Source: Fibrobacteria bacterium (GTDB lineage: Bacteria; Fibrobacterota; Fibrobacteria; UBA11236). From it: 51,498 bases of DNA. The stretch spans positions 1 to 51,498 of the forward strand of contig JBGTHM010000018.1 in the NCBI GenBank assembly GCA_041746255.1, in the 5' to 3' direction. Positions 29,629-40,159 of this stretch are shown piece after piece. The notes beneath the pieces are model-generated. The model had not been told where the DNA came from. It ran no database searches and was given only the letters and a program-made list of their open reading frames with translations. How positions within the stretch are numbered: position 1 is the first letter of the stretch; each line of letters begins with the position of its first letter. Made by a program: the position numbers and the translations under genes.

Positions 29629-31869
29629 TTATTCGAAGGCTACTTTCACCAGCGCAGCCATTTGCTTGAGGTCAAAAGGCTTGTGGATGATCCACGTGTC
29701 GGGGATATCGAGCAAATGCCGCATATCGTATTGATGCTGCCTTCCCGTACAGAAAATGATTTTGACCTCGGGTCGGGCTTGCCGGAATATTTCCGCCGTA
29801 TCGAGCCCATTCATACCCGGCAAATCGACGTCCATCAAGACCAGGTCGGACGCGTGACCGTTATGCAGCATGCTGAGAGCCGCGGCGCCCGTCGCAGCGG
29901 TAGCGACTTGATAACCGAGTTCAGCCAGCATTCGCCCCGTGGTCTTGCGCATGATTTCATCGTCGTCCACAATAAGTACGGTTCTGCCGTCTGGAAGTGA
30001 ATTTTTTTCGAGATGGGCTTGGGAACGCTTTGGACCCTGGGCCGCCGCGAAATACAAACGAAATTCGCATCCCTGTTGCGGAGTGCTGTCCACTTCTAGA
30101 TAGCCGTTATGGCGCTTAACGATGGCGTCCACGATGGATAGCCCCAAACCCGATCCATTTTCGCTCTTGGTGCTGAAAAAGGGATCGAAGATTCGATCCA
30201 GATTTTCCAGGGCGATTCCCTCCCCCGTGTCCTTAATCGTTAAAACCGCCATTTGGAGCGCTGTACAGGAGGGATGTTTGTTGCGAAAGGCCGCATCGAC
30301 ACGCACCTGATCCACATGGATACCGAGAGTGCCGCCCACCGGCATGGCGTCGCGCGCATTCACGCACAAATTGAGAAAGGCCTGTTCCAATTGGGATTTG
30401 TCTCCGCGAATCCATATCGGCTCGGAGGCGAATTCGGACTGGATGTAGATGCGGGCTTCGAAGGAGATTTGACACAGCGGGACCAGACTTTGGATTAAGG
30501 CGTTGAGATCCAGGATTTCGACGGCCGTGTCTTTTTTATGCGAAAGCGCCAGTAATCGTTGCACCATGGAGGTTGCGCGCGCGGTGCAAGCTTCGATAAT
30601 CTGCAAATCCTGGGTGCAGGCCTCTTTATCGAAATTGCCTTTTTGCAATCTGTCTTTCATGAGGCTGGTGGTTCCGACTATGCCTCCCAGCACATTATTG
30701 AAGTCATGGGCCAAGCCTCCCGCAAGCGTACCTACCGTCTCCATGCGTTGGGAATGGAAAAGCTGATGATTCAATTCGACGGTGCGGGTCACATCGTCGA
30801 TACGCAGCGCCACTTCGCCGCGATCCCGCCCGAACATGGTGAAAAGATTCGCCTTTAAGTAACGGATGGACCCATCTCCGATTTTATGGGCTTGAGGTTC
30901 GAAGTCGACGCCTTTATCGGCGTCCAAATGCAAAACGTCTTTCAAGGTTTCCGCCACCTGGACATAGGCGGGAACCAACTTCCAGAACACGCGGCCCAAA
31001 GCATCCTCCGCTTTGATTCCGAAGAATTCCTCGGCCCGGCTGTTCCAGGTCGTTACCGTTCCCAACAGGTCCATGCCGATAATGGCGGAAGGCATGGACT
31101 CGATGAGACCGCTTAATTGATCCTTGAGGTCGCGGACATGTTCCGCCAATTGCTTCTGCTCCAATATGGAAACGGCGTAGCGGCACATGTTTTCGAAAAG
31201 CCGTTTCTGTTGTTCCGACCAGGTCCTTCGTCCGCTGGTACGCTGAACGCAGAGCAGGGCTTGGCCGCCCAGACTGGTTTCGAGGGGAAACGCCAGGGCG
31301 CCTCCGCAGGTTACGCTGGCCGCCAAATTGAACTCACCGGCCAAGGCGGCGTGCAAACCTTCGTCCATGCGGTACGAAAGGTTTTTGTCGGGTGAAATGG
31401 TGATGGGATTTTCCCATTGCACCGCGGTCATGCCACCGGTATCGAGGCATTGCTCCAAAAAGCCCGTGAAGGTATCCGCGCCGCCGGCAGGCAAAAAGTA
31501 AGGGAGGGAAAGCCGCTCCACACCCTTTCCCACCGCTTCTTGCGAAACGGCGAGTGTCCTCTCTCCCCCTTCATCCACCAGGATATAGGCGACTCTGTCC
31601 GCCTTCAACTCCAGCAGGAATTCCTCAACCATAACGTCCAACAAGGATTCGTCGTCCAAACGCATGGTCATGCGCCCCACGAAATCCATCAAGCGTTTCT
31701 GGCTGGAGACGTAGCGTGAATGCTCCAGGTCCGAGGCTTCCAACTTGGCGCAGACAGCCGTCAATTCGGAAAGTTGGCGCGTAAGGCGCCGATTATCCAT
31801 GGTCAACGAACGGCATTTCTTCTCTTCGTCGTCTTGAAGTGGAGGTGCATCCGAATTAATCACTTCCAA
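29629..31869 (-). CDS. hybrid sensor histidine kinase (GAF-PAS-HisKA-HATPase-REC)
   Basis: GLAHDFNN H-box, NLCVNARDA, DTGEG, PFFSTK, GSGLGL; receiver VDDD...MDVDLPGMNG...KPF. Confidence 0.93.
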   Translation of the reverse strand: MEVINSDAPPLQDDEEKKCRSLTMDNRRLTRQLSELTAVCAKLEASDLEHSRYVSSQKRLMDFVGRMTMRLDDESLLDVMVEEFLLELKADRVAYILVDEGGERTLAVSQEAVGKGVERLSLPYFLPAGGADTFTGFLEQCLDTGGMTAVQWENPITISPDKNLSYRMDEGLHAALAGEFNLAASVTCGGALAFPLETSLGGQALLCVQRTSGRRTWSEQQKRLFENMCRYAVSILEQKQLAEHVRDLKDQLSGLIESMPSAIIGMDLLGTVTTWNSRAEEFFGIKAEDALGRVFWKLVPAYVQVAETLKDVLHLDADKGVDFEPQAHKIGDGSIRYLKANLFTMFGRDRGEVALRIDDVTRTVELNHQLFHSQRMETVGTLAGGLAHDFNNVLGGIVGTTSLMKDRLQKGNFDKEACTQDLQIIEACTARATSMVQRLLALSHKKDTAVEILDLNALIQSLVPLCQISFEARIYIQSEFASEPIWIRGDKSQLEQAFLNLCVNARDAMPVGGTLGIHVDQVRVDAAFRNKHPSCTALQMAVLTIKDTGEGIALENLDRIFDPFFSTKSENGSGLGLSIVDAIVKRHNGYLEVDSTPQQGCEFRLYFAAAQGPKRSQAHLEKNSLPDGRTVLIVDDDEIMRKTTGRMLAELGYQVATAATGAAALSMLHNGHASDLVLMDVDLPGMNGLDTAEIFRQARPEVKIIFCTGRQHQYDMRHLLDIPDTWIIHKPFDLKQMAALVKVAFE

Positions 31870-32039
31870 AATGTATTAACACCACGCCCCCCTCCAAATC
31901 CCAGCTGACCCGTCCTGGGGAAATTTCACGGAAGGCCCGATAATTACTTAATTTTGGGGAAATGCGTGCTTATTCGAAGTGAAAAGGACGGATCAGGGAT
32001 GTTTTCCCTAAACTCTCGAGTCGGAGAAAACCGGATACG

Positions 32040-33263
32040 ATGAAAATCGCTTTTCTAACCAATGAGTTTCCGCCGTATGTATACGGGGGCGCCGGCGTGC
32101 ATGCCGAATACCTGAGCCATGCGTTGGGGCGTAACGACGGCCATCAGGTGGAACTGCTTTGCTTCGGCGATCAGAAAGCCTTGGAAAGAAACCTCACCGC
32201 CGAAGGAATAGCCGCTCCGACCGGCCTTCCCAGCCAAAACCCACGTTTCGCCAAACTAATCGATACTCTGGCCCGCAACGTAATGATGACGGGCCGCGCG
32301 TCCTGCCCCGATATCGTCCATTGCCATACCTGGTATACTCATCTGGCCGGGTGCCTGGTGAAATCGCTGTTCAACGCACCGTTGGTTCTGACCACCCATT
32401 CGCTGGAGCCGCATCGTCCCTGGAAGGCGGAACAATTGGGCGAAGCCTATCGGGTGTCCACCTGGCTGGAAGCCACAGCCTACCGCAATGCGGACGGAGT
32501 CGTCGCCGTCTCCGAATCGATGCGCCGCGACGTAAAAGCGCTTTACCAGGTGGAAGACCGACGCATAAGGGTTATTCCCAACGGAATCGATATTGACCAA
32601 TATCGCAAGGTCGAGAAACCCGAAATCCTGGCGCATTATGGCATTGACCCCAGCATCCCCTTCGTCCTTTTCGTAGGACGCATTACCCGGCAAAAAGGAG
32701 TCGTGCATCTCCTCAATGCCATCCCCCAGTTCCATACCGGAATGCAAGTGGTTTTATGCGCCGGCGCTCCCGATACCGACGAATTGGGACAGGAGGTGGA
32801 AAGGCTTGTTCAAGCCGCCCGCCGCCAAACCCCGAATCCTATCCATTGGATTCCCGCCATGCTTTCCAAAGACGAAATTATTGCCCTGTATAGCCATGCC
32901 TCGTTATTCATCTGCCCTTCGGTTTACGAACCCTTCGGCATTATCAACCTCGAGGCCATGGCTTGCGAAACCCCGGTTGTCGCCTCAGCCGTGGGCGGTA
33001 TACCCGAAGTGGTCCTGCACGGTGAAACCGGTTTGCTGGTTCCCTTCAAGGCGCGCGGTGAAACCGACTTCGAACCCGTTGACCCGCAGACCTTTGCGCG
33101 CGACCTGGCCGATGCCGTAAACCAGGTCATGGCCTCGCAATCCCTGCGCGATACCATGTCCGCCAAAGCCCGCAGCCGGGTTGTCGAACATTTTTCCTGG
33201 ACGGAAATCGCCCGTAAAACCCTCCACTTTTACCAGGAGTTGATTGACCAGAATGGCAAATAG
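32040..33263 (+). CDS. glgM: GlgM-type glycogen synthase / alpha-maltose-1-phosphate synthase (GT4)
   Basis: EFPPYVYGGAGVH, HCHTWY, HSLEP.RPWK.EQLG, YEPFGIINLEAMAC; adjacent to glgE. Confidence 0.88.
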   Translation: MKIAFLTNEFPPYVYGGAGVHAEYLSHALGRNDGHQVELLCFGDQKALERNLTAEGIAAPTGLPSQNPRFAKLIDTLARNVMMTGRASCPDIVHCHTWYTHLAGCLVKSLFNAPLVLTTHSLEPHRPWKAEQLGEAYRVSTWLEATAYRNADGVVAVSESMRRDVKALYQVEDRRIRVIPNGIDIDQYRKVEKPEILAHYGIDPSIPFVLFVGRITRQKGVVHLLNAIPQFHTGMQVVLCAGAPDTDELGQEVERLVQAARRQTPNPIHWIPAMLSKDEIIALYSHASLFICPSVYEPFGIINLEAMACETPVVASAVGGIPEVVLHGETGLLVPFKARGETDFEPVDPQTFARDLADAVNQVMASQSLRDTMSAKARSRVVEHFSWTEIARKTLHFYQELIDQNGK

Positions 33264-35004
33264 GAAAAATCCGATCCCGATTCTCCCTCCCCGATACCAT
33301 GTAACCATCGAAAATCTGCAACCGGTCGTGAATGGCGGACTCTATCCCATAAAAGCCATTCCCGGAGAAACCATCGAAGTCACGGCGGATATTTTCCGCG
33401 ACGGACATGAGGAATGCGAAGCCCTCCTTCTTCATCGAGAGGTCGGAAAAAAAACCTGGAATAAATCCCCCATGGTTTTTGTGAACAACGATTCCTGGCA
33501 AGGGCAATTCATTCCCGAAAAAACCGGGCAATATGAGTTTACCGTCGAAGCCCGAACCGCGGGCAAAACCCTTTCCGCCAGTTTCGAAGAGCCTTTGCTC
33601 TATGAGCCATTTGGCCGCCTCCGGGTCGATCCCTCCCTGGTGCAGTTCAGTTCCTGGTATGTGATGTGGGCCCGTTCGCAAGGCACCGATCCCACGCGCA
33701 GCGCCACTTTCGCGGACATGCAGCGACGTCTCGTGGAAGTCAAGGAACTCGGCTTCGACGTGCTGTACCTGCCTCCGATCCATCCCATCGGCCGCACCAA
33801 CCGCAAGGGAGCCAACAACAGTCTGAAAGCCAAACCCGGCGAACCCGGTTCTCCCTATGCCATCGGCAATGAAACCGGCGGACACAAAGCCGTCGATCCC
33901 GAATTGGGAACCCTCCAGGAATGTCGCGATTTTTTCAAACATTGCCGTAAGATGGGATTTACCATCGCCTTGGATTATGCCCTGAATTGTTCGCCGGATC
34001 ACCCTTACGTCAAAAGCCATCCCGACTGGTTTTACCGCGAGAAGGACGGCACCATCAAATTCGCGGAAAACCCGCCCAAAAAATACGAGGATATCTATCC
34101 GCTCAATTTCTTCTGCAAGGATAGAGAAAAACAATGGCTTGAACTCAAATCCATTATCGAATTCTGGGTAGATATGGGCGTCACTATTTTCCGCGTCGAT
34201 AACCCGCATACCAAGCCTTTCGGCTTTTGGGAATGGATGATCGCCGATATCAAGTCCCAGAATCCCGACGTGGTTTTTCTTTCGGAAGCTTTCACCCGCC
34301 CCAAACTCATGCGGCGCTTGGCTAAAATCGGGTTCGATATGTCCTATACCTATTTCACCTGGCGGACGGAAAGTGGCGAGTTGAGGGAATATCTCGAAGA
34401 GCTGACCGCCGGCCCCTCCCGCGAGTACATGAAACCCCTCTTTTTTCCCACCACCCCCGACATCCTGCCCCGGCAATTGCAGAACGCTCCTCCGGCTATG
34501 TTCAAAATCCGGTATGCCCTGGCGTCCACTCTTATCGGGGCCGGGGGTATTTACAACAGCTATGAATTGTGCGAAGGCACTCCCTACCCCGGCAAGGAGG
34601 AATTCAATTTCTCGGAGAAATACCAATACAAAGTCTGGGACTGGGACCGCCCCGGAAATATCAAACCTTTCATCCGCGCTTTGAACGAAATCCGCAGGGA
34701 ACACAGCTCCCTGCATTTCTTTCGCAACCTGCGGTTTCACGACTGTTCCAACCCGCATTTGCTGGTGTACTCCAAGCGACATCAGCAAAATTTGTTGCTT
34801 TTCATCGTCAACCTCGATGCCCACCATACCCAGTCCGGATTCGTCCATCTGAATTTGGCGGAAATGGGCCTGGAAAGCGAAAACATCTTCGGTCTCTACG
34901 ACCTGATGACCCACGAAAGTTATGTCTGGTCCGGAGCGTCCAATTATGTGGAATTGAATCCCCATAAAGAGGTGCTACACATTTTCAAGATTGAGAAGTT
35001 TTAA
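33253..35004 (+). CDS. glgE: alpha-1,4-glucan:maltose-1-phosphate maltosyltransferase
   Basis: YLPPIHPIG, RKG.NN, AENPPKKYEDIYP, FRVDNPHTKP, FLSEAFT, TPDIL. Confidence 0.95.
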   Translation: MANRKNPIPILPPRYHVTIENLQPVVNGGLYPIKAIPGETIEVTADIFRDGHEECEALLLHREVGKKTWNKSPMVFVNNDSWQGQFIPEKTGQYEFTVEARTAGKTLSASFEEPLLYEPFGRLRVDPSLVQFSSWYVMWARSQGTDPTRSATFADMQRRLVEVKELGFDVLYLPPIHPIGRTNRKGANNSLKAKPGEPGSPYAIGNETGGHKAVDPELGTLQECRDFFKHCRKMGFTIALDYALNCSPDHPYVKSHPDWFYREKDGTIKFAENPPKKYEDIYPLNFFCKDREKQWLELKSIIEFWVDMGVTIFRVDNPHTKPFGFWEWMIADIKSQNPDVVFLSEAFTRPKLMRRLAKIGFDMSYTYFTWRTESGELREYLEELTAGPSREYMKPLFFPTTPDILPRQLQNAPPAMFKIRYALASTLIGAGGIYNSYELCEGTPYPGKEEFNFSEKYQYKVWDWDRPGNIKPFIRALNEIRREHSSLHFFRNLRFHDCSNPHLLVYSKRHQQNLLLFIVNLDAHHTQSGFVHLNLAEMGLESENIFGLYDLMTHESYVWSGASNYVELNPHKEVLHIFKIEKF

Positions 35005-35176
35005 GAATTGGGCAGAATTCCACCCTCCTCAGAGCGCTACTCCCTTTTTCATGTAATTACCCGCTCAAACTCCCTATATTTGGGAAGATGCAGCCCGGCC
35101 TGCGGGCGTCTTGTTATTTTATGTTCTTCCGGGATCCAAGAGCGTATCGCCATCCTAAGGGAAGGGAGAAGATTTT

Positions 35177-35467
35177 ATGGCCGATCAAGAACTGCGCATC
35201 GAATGCCCCTGCTGCAAAGCCGTTCTCATCGTGGATGCGGCCTCGGGAGGGGTAATCAAATCCACGCCCCACAAAGAGGCGCCTACCAGCCTGGAAAGCT
35301 TTCTCAAATCCGACAAAAACCGGCAGAGCGAACTTTCGCAGCGCTTCGCCGAGGCGAAGTTGAAAGAGGACGCCAAAATGGATTTACTCAATAAAAAATT
35401 CGAATGGGCGAAAAAGAACAAGGATAAGCTCCCGGATGTGCCGAAACCGGGCATCCAATGGGATTGA
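35177..35467 (+). CDS. small hypothetical protein (CPCC knuckle plus helical C-terminus)
   Basis: IECPCCKAVLIVD; GGAG SD. Confidence 0.7.
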   Translation: MADQELRIECPCCKAVLIVDAASGGVIKSTPHKEAPTSLESFLKSDKNRQSELSQRFAEAKLKEDAKMDLLNKKFEWAKKNKDKLPDVPKPGIQWD

Positions 35468-35495
35468 GTCTTGCGCTTCTCCTTTCTCCCATAGG

Positions 35496-37802
35496 ATGAT
35501 TTCTACAATGTCCGATTCTTCCACCGCATTTGAGATCATCCGCAGCGTAACCCGCACCATGGTGGACAATGATTCGGTGCAACCCGCTCTGGAAGCCATT
35601 GTCCAGCTCATCTCCGAGAAAATGCGCGTAAGCGTCTGTTCCATTTACCTCTATCAGCCCGATACGGGTTTGTTACGCTTAACCGCCTGTTGCGGTTTGA
35701 ACCGGGATAAAATGGACGAAATCGCCATGGTCCCGGAAGAAGGTTTGGCCGGCTACATTTTCAGAACCGGCGAAGTCGTCAATATCGCGAACCCCAGCCA
35801 AGACAGCCGCTTCAAATATTTTCCCGCGCTGGGCGAGGAGAAGCTGAACAACTTTCTCGGTATCGCCATTCCACCGGAAACCCGGCGCAGCGTCGGAGTG
35901 CTGACCCTTCAATCCAGCGAGGCGGAACCCTTTCCGCCCACTATCGAAGATTTGGCCTATACCCTGGCGGCTCAGCTCGGCACCCTCATTGAAAATAAGA
36001 TGCTGCGTTCTCCCGGCTCTTCTTCTTTTTTAGGCGAGTCGAGTTCCAAAAAGGAAGAATCACCCCCTTTTTTCCAGGCGCAAGTGGCCTTTGGAGGTAT
36101 TGCCCAGGGAACCGTAGTCGTCTTGAAAACCCATCAAATCTGGGACACGATTTATTTCACCGAATCGGCTGATGCGGAAGCCGAAATCCAGATTTTCCAA
36201 AAAGCCCTGGAGGTGGCGAAAACGGAAAGCGAGTGGCTGCGAACCAAGGCAAGCCAGATTTTCGCCGAAATGGACGCCCGCATTTTTGAAACCCATTTGC
36301 TCATGTTATGCGATCCGGAATTCGTCGGCGCCATTGAGGGCCATATCCGGGAAAAGATGACCGCGCCTTTCGCGGTGAAGCTGGCGACGCGCAATCTCCT
36401 CAAAACTTTTGAAGGATCCAAAAGCGCCATTCTCGCTGCCAAGAGCGCGGATTTACAGGACGTGGCGTTAAGGCTCATCAACGCCCTGTTCGAAGTGAAC
36501 GACCCGGATAAAATCCATGAAACCCCGCTGGAGGGAGCCATAGTCGCTTCCGTGGAATTATTGCCTTCCGATCTTATCTACCTGCAAACCAAGCGGCTGC
36601 TCGGAATCATTTGCGAAAAAGGCGGCAGCACCTCCCATGCGGCCATCCTGGCGCGTTCTTTGGGTATCCCCTGTTTCATGGGCGTTCCGGGCATCACCGC
36701 CTATCTGGAAAACGGCACTCCGGTTATCCTCGACGATAACTCCCGCCTCATCTATATCCGTCCGGATGCGCATGTGCTGCGGGAATACCAGCGTCTCAGG
36801 GCGGAGCTCGACCAACGCAAGCCCCCCCAGCACGCCGTCGACTCGCATACGCGCGACGGCCGCCTTATCCGCCTGCTGGGTAACATCTCCCTGCTCTCGG
36901 ATATCGAGTTGATGCACAAATATGGATTGCAGGGCGTCGGTTTATACCGCTCCGAATTCCTGTTCATGATCCGTAATCACTTCCCGGAAGAGGACGTGCA
37001 GCTTGAGGTCTACCGCCAGGTGGTCAAGCGCTGTGAACCCCATGAGGTGACCATTCGGCTGCTGGACATCGGCGGCGACAAGCCTTTACGCTATTTCGAT
37101 TGGGGCAAAGAAGAAAACCCCTACCTGGGCTGGCGCTCCATCCGCATGCTGCTGGCCCGTAGGGATATATTCATTCCTCACCTGCGCGCCCTGTTGCGGA
37201 CTTCCATACAGGGAAACATGCGCATACTCATACCCATGATCACTCTCATGGCGGAGGTGAGGCAGACCAAAAAACTCATCAACGAAGTGCGCTTAGAATT
37301 GGAACAGGAATATGGGCACGCTTTTCCCCTTCCCCCTTTGGGGGCCATGATCGAAGTTCCCTCCGCCATCCTGCAGATTGAAGCCATTCTCGCGGAAGTC
37401 GATTTCATCGCCATCGGCACCAACGATTTGATCCAGTACCTCTTCGCCGTTGACCGGGGCAATGAAAAAGTGGCGGATTATTATCAGTCCTTCCACCCTC
37501 CCATGCTGGCGGCTTTGTGGAAAATCTGCGCAGCGGCGAAAAAAGCCGGAAAGCCCGTATCGGTATGCGGCGAAATGGCGGGGGATCCCTATGCCTTGCC
37601 GATACTGCTGGGACTGGGCCTGACCGATTTGAGCATTGCGCCCGCCGCCGCGGAAACCATACGCGACGCGATGGGAATGCTCGATACGAAATGCTGCTCG
37701 GATTTGCTGCAAAAATTGCTGGAATTGGAAACGGCCGAAGAGGTGCGTGAGGAAGTACGGCTTTTTCTCGGTCGGGAATGCCCGAACTGGCCCCAGCTCT
37801 AA
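35496..37802 (+). CDS. ptsP: GAF-domain phosphoenolpyruvate-protein phosphotransferase (EI-Ntr)
   Basis: N-terminal GAF; TSHAAI phospho-His, GLYRSEF, E.NP.LGWR, GTNDL.QY, CGEMAG; start at 35496 or 35508. Confidence 0.93.
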   Translation: MISTMSDSSTAFEIIRSVTRTMVDNDSVQPALEAIVQLISEKMRVSVCSIYLYQPDTGLLRLTACCGLNRDKMDEIAMVPEEGLAGYIFRTGEVVNIANPSQDSRFKYFPALGEEKLNNFLGIAIPPETRRSVGVLTLQSSEAEPFPPTIEDLAYTLAAQLGTLIENKMLRSPGSSSFLGESSSKKEESPPFFQAQVAFGGIAQGTVVVLKTHQIWDTIYFTESADAEAEIQIFQKALEVAKTESEWLRTKASQIFAEMDARIFETHLLMLCDPEFVGAIEGHIREKMTAPFAVKLATRNLLKTFEGSKSAILAAKSADLQDVALRLINALFEVNDPDKIHETPLEGAIVASVELLPSDLIYLQTKRLLGIICEKGGSTSHAAILARSLGIPCFMGVPGITAYLENGTPVILDDNSRLIYIRPDAHVLREYQRLRAELDQRKPPQHAVDSHTRDGRLIRLLGNISLLSDIELMHKYGLQGVGLYRSEFLFMIRNHFPEEDVQLEVYRQVVKRCEPHEVTIRLLDIGGDKPLRYFDWGKEENPYLGWRSIRMLLARRDIFIPHLRALLRTSIQGNMRILIPMITLMAEVRQTKKLINEVRLELEQEYGHAFPLPPLGAMIEVPSAILQIEAILAEVDFIAIGTNDLIQYLFAVDRGNEKVADYYQSFHPPMLAALWKICAAAKKAGKPVSVCGEMAGDPYALPILLGLGLTDLSIAPAAAETIRDAMGMLDTKCCSDLLQKLLELETAEEVREEVRLFLGRECPNWPQL

Positions 37803-37823
37803 AGCCGCGAGGGCGCGGACCCA

Positions 37824-39164
37824 TCAGGCGCGGGTATGTAATTTCCCCATGACGGCGTTCACGCTTTTTTTGAAGGCGCCGTCTTTTTCCATGATTTTTT
37901 CGATGGTCTTGATGGCATGGACCACGGTGCTGTGGTCGCGGCCGCCGAAGCGCTGTCCGATGGATTTGAGCGACGCCGAGGTCAACTCTTTCATCAGGAA
38001 CATGGCCAATTGCCGGGCCTGGGCCACTTCCTTGGTGCCCCTCCCCTGCTCGATGATTTTATCCACCTCGACGGTGAAATAATTGGCGACTTCGTTGGTA
38101 ATCTCCTCGGGAGAGACTTTCTTATTGGGCCGGCTGGACGCGGTTCGATTGACGATTTCCCGCGCCAAATCCATGGTGATATCGGAATGCTTGATGGAAG
38201 CCTGTAACAGCAGCTGGCGAATGGCTCCTTCCAAAATGCGGATGTTGGAGTCGATGGCTTCGGCCAGATAGGAAATGATGTCCGAGGAAATATCCAGGTT
38301 GAGGACCTGGGCCTTACGATGCAAAATGGCTTCGCGCGTTTCCCTATCCGGAGATTGGATATCCACGAACAAGCCCCATTGAAATCGGCTTACCAACCGG
38401 TCTTCCAATCCGCGCAGCTCTCCGGGCGGAGAATCGCTGGTGAGGACGATTTGCTTGCGGCTTTGGTGCAGGGTATTGAAGATATGGAAGAACTCCTCCT
38501 GGGTTCTGTCCTTTCCGCTCATGAATTGCACGTCGTCCATGAGCAGGAGGTCGACTTCGTTGCGGTAGAAATTCGAAAGCTCGTTGATGCGGTTATGCTG
38601 GATGGACTCCACGAATTCGCGGTAAAAGGTCTCGGAAGTAACGTAACGCACCTTTTTATTGGGAAACTCGGCCGATACGGAGTTGCCGATGGCCTGCAAA
38701 AGATGGGTTTTCCCCAACCCTACGCCCCCGTAAATGAGTAACGGATTGAATTTGGTTCCGCCGGGATCGCGCGCCACCGCCTGAGCGGCCGAATAGGCGA
38801 ATTGCGAGTTGCTTCCCACCACATATTCTTCGAAGGTATAGTTGGGATTGAGGTCGATGGCCGGCATGGAAGAAAAAGAGGCGGAGGCCCGGACGACGCC
38901 GAAATTGGGCGGCAACTTGCGCAAATTGACGCGTACGTCACGGCCATTCGATTCCTGGAAGCAATGTTCGATAAGCCCCAGATAACCCTTGGTCAAATGA
39001 TCGAGGTCGATATTGCCGGGCACACCCAGGTTCAATTGGAACTCGCTCAGCTCGAGGACTTTCAAAGGAGCGACCCATTGCCGGAAGGCGTCTTCCGAAA
39101 GCTTTTCCTTCAATGAGGAAAGGCATAATGTCCAACTATTCGTCGAGGTGGCGGAAGGAATCAA
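37824..39164 (-). CDS. dnaA: chromosomal replication initiator
   Basis: NPLLIYGGVGLGKTHL, DDVQF, QEEFFH, RL.SRF, FGGRDHSTV; TTG start after AGGAGG. Confidence 0.98.
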   Translation of the reverse strand: MIPSATSTNSWTLCLSSLKEKLSEDAFRQWVAPLKVLELSEFQLNLGVPGNIDLDHLTKGYLGLIEHCFQESNGRDVRVNLRKLPPNFGVVRASASFSSMPAIDLNPNYTFEEYVVGSNSQFAYSAAQAVARDPGGTKFNPLLIYGGVGLGKTHLLQAIGNSVSAEFPNKKVRYVTSETFYREFVESIQHNRINELSNFYRNEVDLLLMDDVQFMSGKDRTQEEFFHIFNTLHQSRKQIVLTSDSPPGELRGLEDRLVSRFQWGLFVDIQSPDRETREAILHRKAQVLNLDISSDIISYLAEAIDSNIRILEGAIRQLLLQASIKHSDITMDLAREIVNRTASSRPNKKVSPEEITNEVANYFTVEVDKIIEQGRGTKEVAQARQLAMFLMKELTSASLKSIGQRFGGRDHSTVVHAIKTIEKIMEKDGAFKKSVNAVMGKLHTRA

Positions 39165-39492
39165 GCAACCTCCTTTCGGGCACGTAAAAAACGAAATTCC
39201 CGCCGACGGTGGGAAGGGATAAAGATTTAGTAATTTTTCGCCTCCGTACGGAATCAGACGGTCGTCACTTCGCTACTTGTTTTGCGGGCTTTGCGTCCGG
39301 ACCCTTTCAGCCAAACTGCCTGCCCTATATAGAGATAGAGAGGGTGGAGCCGAAAAAACGGGAAAATTGGGGAGTGCCGTCCATCTCTTTCTTGCGGAAT
39401 CACTCGTTAAAGCGTTAAGATGCGTAGAATAGGCTTGGTTTCGTACCCGCGCCGGGACGGAATTTTTGAAATGGGCCGCAACAGGAGATTAT

Positions 39493-40071
39493 ATGACTTG
39501 GGTTTTTACCCCATGGCAAACTGTGGATTATATCGTATTGGCCATCGCCCTGGGGCTTTTGTTAATCCATTGGGCCTGGTGTAGCTATTTGGCTTATCCC
39601 ATGGAACTGGAAAAGCAATTGAAAAGCGGGAAATCCTGGGTCTATGTCCCTCTCCATTGGACCAAGGGCCGAAAATTCTCCCTGGCCCTAGTCACCCGCC
39701 TCTTGCTGGCCGCAACGAGTGCCGGCCAAATCGGCGTTCTCCATCACTTTTTCCCCTTTCCCCATTGGGGAGTTGCAGCCGGCGCCTTTATCGTCACTCT
39801 GCTCGTGCTATGGCGTCTACAGCGGTTTTGGGTGATGAGGCGGTATAAACAGGAAGAGGACGTTTATTTTCGCATGCACGATCAATTAAGGGACAAGCTA
39901 AGCCAGGAAGGGAAATTTCCCGCCGAAATGGCTTTTAAGAGCCTGGCCACCTACCAATTCCAGATGTACTTACGCAAGGCGGACGAAGCGGGAAACTTTC
40001 TGAGCGCTTTGAAGCGGGAAAAGAAAAGCGCCCAGGGCCAAAATAATCTGCCTCAATTGGAAGCCGTCTAG
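39493..40071 (+). CDS. hypothetical membrane protein
   Basis: About three TM segments; AGGAG SD before the ATG at 39493. Confidence 0.7.
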   Translation: MTWVFTPWQTVDYIVLAIALGLLLIHWAWCSYLAYPMELEKQLKSGKSWVYVPLHWTKGRKFSLALVTRLLLAATSAGQIGVLHHFFPFPHWGVAAGAFIVTLLVLWRLQRFWVMRRYKQEEDVYFRMHDQLRDKLSQEGKFPAEMAFKSLATYQFQMYLRKADEAGNFLSALKREKKSAQGQNNLPQLEAV

Positions 40072-40159
40072 AAAGCTCCGATCGGGTCCGCCTAATTTGC
40101 TACAATTGGGTTGGATTGACCATGCCCTTTTCATCGTCCCTGCCAGCCCACCCGAACGC

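Noticed and set aside
33127..34965. 612-aa ORF on the minus strand
   Set aside because: Antisense shadow of glgE with no motifs; expected in GC-rich coding DNA.
35005..35176. Hairpin AAGATGC..GCCCG..CGGGC.GTCTT followed by T-rich sequence, and the 128-aa ORF 35008-35394
   Set aside because: Could be a terminator or leader but is imperfect and matches no RNA family I recognise; the ORF overlaps the better-supported 35177 gene.
39522..39530. TGTGGATTA, a one-mismatch DnaA box near dnaA
   Set aside because: Single copy inside a CDS; not enough to call oriC.
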